A stretch of DNA of 64,000 bases from positions 7,128 through 71,127 of the forward strand of contig CAIJDY010000030.1 of the NCBI GenBank assembly GCA_903819565.1, read 5' to 3'. Position 1 is the first letter of the stretch. The number at the start of each line of letters is the position of its first letter. The position numbers were made by a program, and so were the translations under genes. The notes under the pieces are model-generated. The model did not search any database, was not told where the DNA came from, and worked only from the letters and a program-made list of their open reading frames with translations. Below, in pieces: positions 9,443-17,004 of the stretch. Source of the stretch: Candidatus Omnitrophota bacterium (GTDB lineage: Bacteria > Omnitrophota > Omnitrophia > Omnitrophales > Aquincolibacteriaceae).

Positions 9443-10957
9443 ATGGAATTGTTTAATGGCGGCAACATTTCTTTAAAAGATATCCCGGTTTTAGCGGAAA
9501 AAGAATTCCGCGAAGAAGTGATTCTTCGCTGCCGGGAGGACGCGCGGCTGATGAACTTTTTCGGATGCGCGGAGGACGGGGGCGACGTCCGCTTGATCGT
9601 GATCCTGGGACTCAGCGAAGAGTCTTTGTTGCGGGTGTTTGCGACAAAAATTCCGGCGGGATCTCCCCGTTATCAATCGTTGACCAGGGAGCTACCTCAA
9701 GCGCAATTATTCGAACGCGAGATCGCGGAGCAGTGGGCGGTCACCCCCGAAGGGCACCCTTGGCTTAAACCGGTGAGGTATCACGCGAATTACCGCGGCG
9801 TGCCGGACCTTTGGAAGGATGTCGCGCGGCAGACGATCCCGGGATCTTATCCTTTTTATGCCGTGGGCGGCGAGGAGGTCCATGAAGTGGGTGTGGGGCC
9901 GGTGCATGCCGGTATTATCGAGCCCGGACATTTCCGGTTCCAGTGTCACGGGGAAGAGGTGCTGCATCTGGAGATCCAATTGGGATACCAGCATCGCGGT
10001 ATCGAGCCCCTAATGGGCGTGGGAAAAGATCTGAAACGGGGAGTTCTTTTAAGCGAGTCCATTGCCGGGGACACTTCGATCGGTCATTCTACGGCGTATT
10101 GCGAGGCGATCGAATCGCTGGCGGGTTGCGCGGTTCCGCTGAGGGCGCAGGCCCTCCGCGCGGTGACGCTGGAGCTGGAACGGCTGGCGAATCACGTGGG
10201 CGACCTGGGCGCTTTGGGGATGGATGCCGGTTTTCTGCCGACCAGCGCGTATTTCGGCCGCATGCGTGGGGATTACTTGAATCTATTGCTGGAACTGACG
10301 GGAAACCGTTTTGGGAAGGGACTCTGCCGGCCGGGAGGTGTCCTTTTTGATATGGATACTGCCATGGCCGAAGATTTCTGCCGGAAACTGAAGCGCTATA
10401 AAAAAGAATTCGAAGAAGTAAGCGATCTTTTTTTCACCCGTCCGTCGGTCCTTGCGCGTTTTGAAGGTATCGGGATTCTTCCCCTGAAGACCGCGAAAGA
10501 CCTGGGGGTGGTGGGTCCCGTTGCGCGCGCGAGCCAGTCGGAGCAGGATGTGCGTATCGATTATTCCTCCGGGATATGGCAATTCTATCATGTGCCCATT
10601 TCTCTGGCCGCGACCGGGGACGTTTACGCGCGGGCTCTGGTGCGGCGGCAGGAAGTGATGCGCTCGCTGGAATTCTTGCTGAAACTTTTGCCGTCTTTAC
10701 CCAAAGGGGATATCAGAGCCCCCCTCGGTCCTTTAAAGCCGGAGAGGCTTGCGGTCTCTCTGGTAGAGGGATGGCGCGGCGAGATCATGCATGTCGGTAT
10801 GACCGACGGCCAGGGCGCCTTGTCCCGATACAAGATCAAAGATCCCTCGTTTCACAATTGGTTCGCATTGACCCACGCGATGCGCAATCAGGAAATATCT
10901 GATTTTCCGTTATGCAATAAAAGCTTCAATTTGTCCTATTGCGGGCATGATCTATGA
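9443..10957 (+). CDS. Fused NuoC-NuoD / HycE-like large subunit of a group-4 [NiFe]-hydrogenase-related complex; canonical Ni-Fe Cys ligands apparently absent
   Basis: 504 aa; N-terminal ~120 aa NuoC(30 kDa)-like, remainder NuoD/HycE-like (…HRGIEPLMG…GHSTAYCEAIE…RGDYLN…). Where HycE/EchE have the L1 motif R-x-C-G-I-C-x-x-x-H the sequence reads SIAGDTSIGH; the C-terminal DPCxxCxxR position reads NLSYCGHD (Cys offset, spacing broken). Confidence 0.8.
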   Translation: MELFNGGNISLKDIPVLAEKEFREEVILRCREDARLMNFFGCAEDGGDVRLIVILGLSEESLLRVFATKIPAGSPRYQSLTRELPQAQLFEREIAEQWAVTPEGHPWLKPVRYHANYRGVPDLWKDVARQTIPGSYPFYAVGGEEVHEVGVGPVHAGIIEPGHFRFQCHGEEVLHLEIQLGYQHRGIEPLMGVGKDLKRGVLLSESIAGDTSIGHSTAYCEAIESLAGCAVPLRAQALRAVTLELERLANHVGDLGALGMDAGFLPTSAYFGRMRGDYLNLLLELTGNRFGKGLCRPGGVLFDMDTAMAEDFCRKLKRYKKEFEEVSDLFFTRPSVLARFEGIGILPLKTAKDLGVVGPVARASQSEQDVRIDYSSGIWQFYHVPISLAATGDVYARALVRRQEVMRSLEFLLKLLPSLPKGDIRAPLGPLKPERLAVSLVEGWRGEIMHVGMTDGQGALSRYKIKDPSFHNWFALTHAMRNQEISDFPLCNKSFNLSYCGHDL

Positions 10958-10988
10958 AGCGCTTTGACCGTAGAAGCGGGGAGCCTTT

Positions 10989-11669
10989 ATGCTGAATATT
11001 TTAATGGAGCGTTTAAAACAGGGCCGCCGGACTTTATCCTTTCCCAAGGGGAAGCCCCCGGTCCTGCCGGCGCGTTATCGGGGCCGCCCCATCGTCGCGG
11101 GCCTGAAAGACGGTGTGGACTTGGGGAAGATCACCTTTATCCCCGACAGCGGCATTCAACATTCTAATGATTTTCGTATGGCGGCTTCTCGCCGGGAAGA
11201 TCTCGTTCTTAAGGGTGACGACGCGCACGCTTTGGCACATGCGTTGAATAAGAAGATCTTGGAGATGTTCGGCCGTTCTCTGAAGCTGCGGCAGGTTTCA
11301 GCGGGCGGGTGCAATGCCTGCGAGGCAGACATCAATGTCCTGAATACGCCCGTCTTTGATCTCAGCCGTTTCGGTATTCAATTCGTCGCGTCGCCGCGCC
11401 ATGCCGACGGGATCGTCGTCACGGGTCCCATTTCGCGCAATATGAAAGAAGCGCTTCTGAAAACTCACGAAGCCACACCGGACCCCAAGATCGTTATTGC
11501 GGTCGGTGCTTGCGCGATCTCCGGAGGTATTTTTTCCGAAAGTCCGGAATCTTCCAAGGGGCTGGACACCCTTCTTCCCGTAGACCTTTATATCCCCGGC
11601 TGTCCTCCGCACCCCTTGACCATTCTTGACGGGCTCCTGAGATTGATGGGAAGGCTCAGAAAAGAATGA
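10989..11669 (+). CDS. NuoB / HycG / EchC-like small subunit with intact [4Fe-4S] (N2-type) Cys set
   Basis: 226 aa; …RSLKLRQVSAGGCNACEAD… (CxxC), …AVGACAISGG…, …YIPGCPPHP… correspond to the four Cys of HycG/NuoB-type subunits. Confidence 0.8.
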   Translation: MLNILMERLKQGRRTLSFPKGKPPVLPARYRGRPIVAGLKDGVDLGKITFIPDSGIQHSNDFRMAASRREDLVLKGDDAHALAHALNKKILEMFGRSLKLRQVSAGGCNACEADINVLNTPVFDLSRFGIQFVASPRHADGIVVTGPISRNMKEALLKTHEATPDPKIVIAVGACAISGGIFSESPESSKGLDTLLPVDLYIPGCPPHPLTILDGLLRLMGRLRKE

Positions 11670-11782
11670 ATGGAGGTTTCACCCCGATTCATGTCTTCAG
11701 GAGTTAATTCTTCGCGGTATTTTTCTCGTTTTAGGGAAGGTCTCCACGAAATAGAAAACCAGACCCTGCTTCGTCCGGAGTT

Positions 11783-12259
11783 TTAATGAGAAGCCTGTTC
11801 GCCCGCGTCCGGAGTTTCCGGGGGAGCGACCTGGAGGGGGTTCAGATTGGCGTGGAAGGCCCATTTCCAGCCCTCCGGAGTCTTGATCCAGCCGCTGAGG
11901 CGCATCGCCGCCCGCGTGGGAAGGTCCAGGGGGCCGATGTTCTCTTCGGTCATGACCCGGTAGCTGACAAGAATGAGGGAATCGGTTTGCGTGGTTTTAA
12001 TATAGCTGAGCTCGTACTGGTCAATGTTCAGTTCCTTCAGAAGCGCCATTTCTTCCGCTCCGTTGCGGGCGATATCCTCATGGACGGACTGGAACTCCGG
12101 GGCCATATCTTTTTCGATCTGGGCCCAATTGCCTTCATGAACGTTCTTCCAGAGTTCACGGACAAGCGTTTCGCCCTGGGACATCTCTTCAGCGAAAGTC
12201 GGTGGAACGGAACCCAGTAAAAAGAAAACGAAACAAAGAACGACGAGTTTGTTTCTCAT
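11783..12259 (-). CDS. Secreted NTF2-like / SnoaL-like fold protein (unknown function)
   Basis: Start taken at internal MRNKLVVLCFVFFLLGSVPPTFA (Sec signal peptide); ~135-aa mature domain with W/E-rich pattern typical of NTF2-like (DUF4440/SnoaL-like) proteins; family call tentative. Confidence 0.45.
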   Translation of the reverse strand: MRNKLVVLCFVFFLLGSVPPTFAEEMSQGETLVRELWKNVHEGNWAQIEKDMAPEFQSVHEDIARNGAEEMALLKELNIDQYELSYIKTTQTDSLILVSYRVMTEENIGPLDLPTRAAMRLSGWIKTPEGWKWAFHANLNPLQVAPPETPDAGEQASH

Positions 12260-12298
12260 GGCGTCTCCTTCCATGCGGATCTTCATACCGTCTCAGGG

Positions 12299-12769
12299 TT
12301 AGTCGGACTCTTTCCAGATATCGCCGCGCCGTCCGATCTTAACAACGTCGTTTATCTTGATCTTCAGGATGGCGAATTTCTCCGAGATCTCCACTTCGAA
12401 ATGTTCGTGTTTTTTTCCCGTCCGGACCGCTTCGATCACGCGGTCGGCCGAGAGCTTGACGACTTTTTCATCCCATTCTCTCAACATGGCATCGTAGCTT
12501 TTGCCCCGCTCGATCACTTTTGCGGTCCCGTTCAGGCGGTAGGCCTCCAGAGCGTCCTGTTCCATAAAAGAAACGGAGACGAGGGGGTTCTCTTTGATGT
12601 TGACGACCGTCTGGCCCATGACGTGATCGATCAAATAGAGGGAATCCCTCTTGGCGTGGAGAAAAAGCTTCGGGGCGGAATTCGGCCGGCCGTCACGGGT
12701 GGCGGTGCCGACCGAGACGAACTTTCTTTTTCCGAGTAATTCCTGGATTTTTTCCGTGATCTTGGGCAT
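12299..12769 (-). CDS. Pyridoxamine 5'-phosphate oxidase-like FMN-binding protein (general stress protein 26-like)
   Basis: 156 aa; …FVSVGTATRDGRPNSAPKLFL…LYLIDHVMGQTVVNIKENPLVSVSF… pattern typical of PNPOx split-barrel family. Confidence 0.6.
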   Translation of the reverse strand: MPKITEKIQELLGKRKFVSVGTATRDGRPNSAPKLFLHAKRDSLYLIDHVMGQTVVNIKENPLVSVSFMEQDALEAYRLNGTAKVIERGKSYDAMLREWDEKVVKLSADRVIEAVRTGKKHEHFEVEISEKFAILKIKINDVVKIGRRGDIWKESD

Positions 12770-12942
12770 AAAAGTCCTTGAAGGTCCCCATTATACTCCC
12801 AAAACGGCAAAAGTTGTGCCAGTTTCGTGGTCTCTACTCAAATCAGGGCAGAGCGCAATAAGAATTGGATATTGCGGCAGACCTCAAACCTGCGCGAGCC
12901 AAACTGCTTGCCTCTATAGGTGAAATCCATTATAAGAAGGGC

Positions 12943-14094
12943 ATGCCCCGAGGATTGTATATTCATATTCCGTTCTGCAAGACCCGCTGCCACTATTGCA
13001 ATTTCATTTCGTTCGGAGAGACTACGCCGGAATTCCGGGAACGGTTCTTTAAGGCCTTATTTGAAGAGGTCCGTGAGGCCGGAAAAAAATATGGACAGCT
13101 GTTTTTCGACACGCTGTATCTCGGGGGCGGGACGCCGTCGCTGTTAAACGCTCAAGAGATGACCGGGCTTTTCGGGGAGGTCCGGAAAAATTTCGAAATT
13201 TCACAAGACGCCGAGATCACCTGCGAATGGAATCCGGGGGACGGGGAGGAAGAAAAATTCTCCGTTCTCAGAGCTCTGGGAGTCAACCGCCTCAGCCTCG
13301 GCGTCCAGTCTTTTCAGGACGGTCTATTGTCCCAGCTCGGGCGGAGGCATACCGTTCATGATACTTTGCGGACGCTCGAGAAGATCCAAAAAGCGGGCAT
13401 CGGCAATATCAGTTTTGACCTGATGCTTCGGATCCCGGGGCAGAAGCTCGCGGATTTTCAGGAGTCGCTTGAACGGTGCGTCGCATGCGGCGCCGCGCAG
13501 GTTTCGCTTTATGATTTGGAGGTCCATAAGGCCACGGTGTTCGGCGGGTTGCGGGAAAAAGGAGCGCTGGCGCTTCCGGATGAAGAGGAGCACGCGGGGA
13601 TGTATCAGGCGGCATGTGAAGGTCTGGTCCGCGCCGGCTACGAGCATTACGAGATCTCCAATTTCGCGAGGCCCGGCTTTGCGTCCCGGCACAATCTCAT
13701 CTATTGGCACAACCAGGAGTACCTGGGGCTGGGTCCCGGAGCTTTTTCCTATCTCGGCGGGATCCGTTCCCAATTCGCGGGCGAGGGGATCCGGTATCTT
13801 GAAAAGTGCGAGGCCGGGGACTGGCGGAACGATCAGGAAGACGTTCTCTCTGAAGCGGAACGGGAAACGGAGACTTTCGCGATGGGACTCCGTTTGGCAG
13901 AGGGCGTGAAGCTCCGGGATTTTCCGGGCATTTATCCGGGTCTTCGGGAACGCGTCGAGACCTTGTTGCAGAAAGGACTCCTTGAGCTCGCGGATGAAGA
14001 ATTACGTTTAACGGCCTGGGGGCGGTTCCTTTCGGAGGACATTTTCGGTTTTCTACTTCAAAAGGATAGGGGTTCCGAAGCGTGTTTTTTATGA
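12943..14094 (+). CDS. hemW: Radical SAM family heme chaperone HemW / HemN-like oxygen-independent coproporphyrinogen oxidase homolog
   Basis: LYIHIPFCKTRCHYCNF (CxxxCxxC radical-SAM motif directly after conserved LYIHIPFC); start moved to ATG at 12943 (AAGAAGGG RBS) rather than the TTG at 12865. Confidence 0.75.
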   Translation: MPRGLYIHIPFCKTRCHYCNFISFGETTPEFRERFFKALFEEVREAGKKYGQLFFDTLYLGGGTPSLLNAQEMTGLFGEVRKNFEISQDAEITCEWNPGDGEEEKFSVLRALGVNRLSLGVQSFQDGLLSQLGRRHTVHDTLRTLEKIQKAGIGNISFDLMLRIPGQKLADFQESLERCVACGAAQVSLYDLEVHKATVFGGLREKGALALPDEEEHAGMYQAACEGLVRAGYEHYEISNFARPGFASRHNLIYWHNQEYLGLGPGAFSYLGGIRSQFAGEGIRYLEKCEAGDWRNDQEDVLSEAERETETFAMGLRLAEGVKLRDFPGIYPGLRERVETLLQKGLLELADEELRLTAWGRFLSEDIFGFLLQKDRGSEACFL

Positions 14095-14151
14095 TATATT
14101 ATTCCCCAGCTTGATCTGCGAAACTCACCTTGCAACAAAGGAGAAATCAAC

Positions 14152-14904
14152 ATGAGAACCTTTTTCAGAATCTGTATCGTTGCGGTTTTATTTTCTTTGG
14201 CAATCACGCCTTACGCTCTCGCCGAAGAAGCCAAGACTTCCGAAAGGTCCGAAGGCGCGACGGTTCAGGTAACTCCCGTGGCGGCGACGATTGTCGACGC
14301 GTCGGCCCAGGCCCGGGTCATCGTCAGCGCCCCGGTACCGGCGACCGTGGTCTCGCCCGTGGTTGAAAAGACGACGCTGGATAATCTCCAAGCGGCGTTC
14401 AACGGTGAAAGCAACGCCCATGCCCGTTATTTGGCGTTCGCGAAGAAAGCGGACGAAGAAGGGTACGGGAAGGTCGCCAATCTTTTCCGCGCGGCCGCTC
14501 GCGCTGAGCAGGTTCATTTTGAAAATCACACCAAGGTCATCAAGGAGCTCGGGGGAACCCCGACCGCCAAGATCGAAACCCCGGTCGTGAAAACCACGGC
14601 TGAGAACCTTAAAGCCGCTTTTGACGGGGAAACTTACGAGACGACCGTGATGTATCCGGAGTTTCTCGCGAAGGCCCAGAAGGACAAGGTCAAAGGCGCG
14701 ATAGATACTTTCGAGGATGCCGGGCGGGCCGAGGCTGTTCACGCCGCTCTCTATAAAAAAGCCATGCAGGATTTGCCGGCATGGAAGGGCAAGGGGAAGG
14801 GGTTTTTTGTTTGCCCGGTTTGCGGGAATGTGGTCGAGAAAACGGATTTTCTAAGATGCCCGATTTGTGATACGAGCAAAAAGCTGTTCATAACGGTTAA
14901 GTAA
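14152..14904 (+). CDS. Rubrerythrin (ferritin-like diiron domain + C-terminal rubredoxin-like CxxC…CxxC) with N-terminal Sec-type signal peptide and T/V/A/P-rich linker
   Basis: MRTFFRICIVAVLFSLAITPYALA signal peptide; LQAAFNGESNAHARY…E…H ferritin-like E/H motifs twice; C-term CPVCGNV…CPICD rubredoxin-like Zn/Fe ribbon. Confidence 0.8.
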   Translation: MRTFFRICIVAVLFSLAITPYALAEEAKTSERSEGATVQVTPVAATIVDASAQARVIVSAPVPATVVSPVVEKTTLDNLQAAFNGESNAHARYLAFAKKADEEGYGKVANLFRAAARAEQVHFENHTKVIKELGGTPTAKIETPVVKTTAENLKAAFDGETYETTVMYPEFLAKAQKDKVKGAIDTFEDAGRAEAVHAALYKKAMQDLPAWKGKGKGFFVCPVCGNVVEKTDFLRCPICDTSKKLFITVK

Positions 14905-14915
14905 GCACCTGCGCG

Positions 14916-14955
14916 AAAAAAAAGGCGGGACCGGTTTTCCGGTTCCGCCTTTTTT
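14916..14955. terminator. Bidirectional rho-independent terminator between convergent rubrerythrin and gpmA genes
   Basis: AAAAAAAA-GGCGGGACCGG-TTTT-CCGGTTCCGCC-TTTTTT: 11-bp GC-rich stem (one G.U), 4-nt loop, A-tract upstream and T-tract downstream. Confidence 0.6.
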
Positions 14956-14973
14956 CCCTTAAGGGAGCGTTCC

Positions 14974-15723
14974 TTACTTCTTCGCTTTTCCCTGACTTGC
15001 CACCGCATCCATGGCCGCTTTGATCTTTTCCGGGTCGCCGAGGTAATAGTGTTTCACCGGTTTCAGGTTCGAGTCGAGCTCGTAAACAAGCGGGATGCCG
15101 GTCGGGATGTTCAAACCGAGGATCTCCTCTTCGGAGACGTTATCCAGGTATTTCACCAGCGCGCGAAGGCTGTTGCCGTGCGCCGCGATGAGGACTTTTT
15201 TCCCCGACTTGATCGCGGGGGCGGCGACCTCGTGCCAGAACGGAAGGACGCGCGCGACCGTGTCTTTCAGGCATTCCGTAAGCGGGAGTTCGGTTTTTTT
15301 AAGATCTTTATAGCGCGGATCCAGAGCCGGTGAGCGCGGATCGTTAGGTTCAAGCTTCGGGGGAGGAACATCGTAACTCCGGCGCCAGATCTTGACCTGA
15401 TCTTCGCCGAATTTCGCGGCGGTCTCCGATTTGTTCAGCCCCTGCAGGGAGCCGTAGTGGCGTTCGTTCAAACGCCAGTCCCTGACCACCGGGATCCACA
15501 TGAGGTCCATTTTATCCAGGACGATCCATAGGGTCCGGATGGCGCGCTTCAGAACGGACGTGAAGGCGATATCGAAGGCATAGCCCTCTCTTTTGAGTAG
15601 TGCGCCGCCTTCGCCCGCCTCCTGAAGTCCTTTTTCGGACAGGTCTACGTCGGTCCATCCCGTGAACCGGTTCTCTTTGTTCCAGGTACTTTCTCCGTGA
15701 CGGATCAAAACGATCTTATACAT
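14974..15723 (-). CDS. gpmA: 2,3-bisphosphoglycerate-dependent phosphoglycerate mutase
   Basis: [32 protein letters not shown]… with RHG catalytic His motif and full-length (249 aa) dPGM signature. Confidence 0.9.
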   Translation of the reverse strand: MYKIVLIRHGESTWNKENRFTGWTDVDLSEKGLQEAGEGGALLKREGYAFDIAFTSVLKRAIRTLWIVLDKMDLMWIPVVRDWRLNERHYGSLQGLNKSETAAKFGEDQVKIWRRSYDVPPPKLEPNDPRSPALDPRYKDLKKTELPLTECLKDTVARVLPFWHEVAAPAIKSGKKVLIAAHGNSLRALVKYLDNVSEEEILGLNIPTGIPLVYELDSNLKPVKHYYLGDPEKIKAAMDAVASQGKAKK

Positions 15724-15826
15724 CCACAGCCTCCTTACGATGGGGATTAGTTTTACCGTGAAAGGGCGTTAGTTTAGCACCGAACCCGGGACCGGGAAAA
15801 CAAAAATAATGGCCTGTTTTTGCGGG

Positions 15827-16198
15827 TTATTCCTCGATGTCGATCGACAAAGCTCGCGCGCTGGGGATGGCGTTGGGGTCGTAACGGACCGTCGCGTGAT
15901 CCCCGGATTCAATGTCGTCCAGCTCGATCGGAGCGGAATTTTTCATAATGATCGTAGAGGGAAAAACCTTGAGGGCGATGTTCTCATAGCGCAGCATGAC
16001 CGGGTCGTTCATCCATCTCAGGGTGACGGTCTTTTTTTCGGTGTCCACGGAGTCGATGGTCCCCTCGGTGGTTTCCACGATCCCGCTAACAGAAGTTGCT
16101 TCGGAGGCGTTGGGCTCGATGGCACGGGCAAGATTGGCCGCGAGCAGGATCGACCAACCCGCGAGAAACGACAGAGAAACAATCGCGATTTTACGCAT
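15827..16198 (-). CDS. Small secreted protein of unknown function
   Basis: Start taken at MRKIAIVSLSFLAGWSILLAANLARA (signal peptide); 123 aa; no recognisable domain. Confidence 0.4.
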   Translation of the reverse strand: MRKIAIVSLSFLAGWSILLAANLARAIEPNASEATSVSGIVETTEGTIDSVDTEKKTVTLRWMNDPVMLRYENIALKVFPSTIIMKNSAPIELDDIESGDHATVRYDPNAIPSARALSIDIEE

Positions 16199-16333
16199 GT
16201 TAGGCACCTCTTTTGAGGAACGGCTTCCGCATCCAAATATAGCAGTTGAACCGTGGAAAGCAAAGCCAAAAAAGGCCCGGGCGCTTTCCGGTCTTCCCGC
16301 CACAAAGCTCCAGGCCGCCCCGTTCTTCGACGA

Positions 16334-16999
16334 ATGAGAAGGGTCGAGCATCAATCTTTGGCTCCCCGTGCCGTTAATGCAACCATGGCGTACGCGGATC
16401 TGGATCCTTCTTCCTCGACCAAGGAAAAAATTTATTCAAAGTGTCTCTTGGAGAGCCAGGAAGCCTGGTGGCGGCGCCTTTTAAACGTACAGGCTCCTTA
16501 CGGCTGGAATCTCCGGCGTCTTCATCCGGGGTTTACGCTCGACATCGGGTGCGGTCTGGGAAGGCATTTACTCCATTTAGGCGGGAACGGTGTCGGGATC
16601 GATCACAACCCGGATTCGGTCCGGTTTGCCCGGGCCCAGGGACTCGAGGTTTTTACACCGGAGGATTTTCGGGGTTCTCCGTTCAACATCCCGCAAAGAT
16701 TTGATTCTCTCCTGTTGTCCCATGTGGCGGAGCACATGACCCAGGCGGAGGTGATCACTTTATTGTCCTCTTATAGGGAACTTCTCAAGCCCCAAGGAAA
16801 GCTGATCGTTATCGCGCCGCAGGAAGCGGGTTTCAGAAGGGACGCCACGCACCGGGAGTTCGTGGATTTTCAAAAGGCTCGCGAGATAGCGGGAACCCTG
16901 CGGTTAGAAGTCATCAAGGAATATTCGTTCCCCTTGCCGCGCGTGTTCGGAAAGGTTTTCTACTTCAACGAGTTTGTTTCGGTGAGTCTTAAGAAATAG
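16334..16999 (+). CDS. Class I SAM-dependent methyltransferase
   Basis: LDIGCGLGRHLLHLGGNGVGIDHNPDSV (motif I GxGxG), …LLSHVAEHM… (post-II); start uncertain (GTG 16253, ATG 16334 or ATG 16385). Confidence 0.6.
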   Translation: MRRVEHQSLAPRAVNATMAYADLDPSSSTKEKIYSKCLLESQEAWWRRLLNVQAPYGWNLRRLHPGFTLDIGCGLGRHLLHLGGNGVGIDHNPDSVRFARAQGLEVFTPEDFRGSPFNIPQRFDSLLLSHVAEHMTQAEVITLLSSYRELLKPQGKLIVIAPQEAGFRRDATHREFVDFQKAREIAGTLRLEVIKEYSFPLPRVFGKVFYFNEFVSVSLKK

Positions 17000-17004
17000 G
17001 AGAG

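Noticed and set aside
9443-10957. Calling this a functional [NiFe]-hydrogenase catalytic subunit (HyfG/HycE ortholog)
   Set aside because: Both Cys of the N-terminal CxxC are absent and the C-terminal CxxC is out of register. No hyp/hycI genes are in the window and no HycF partner is encoded. It was therefore annotated as hydrogenase-related/complex-I-like rather than hydrogenase.
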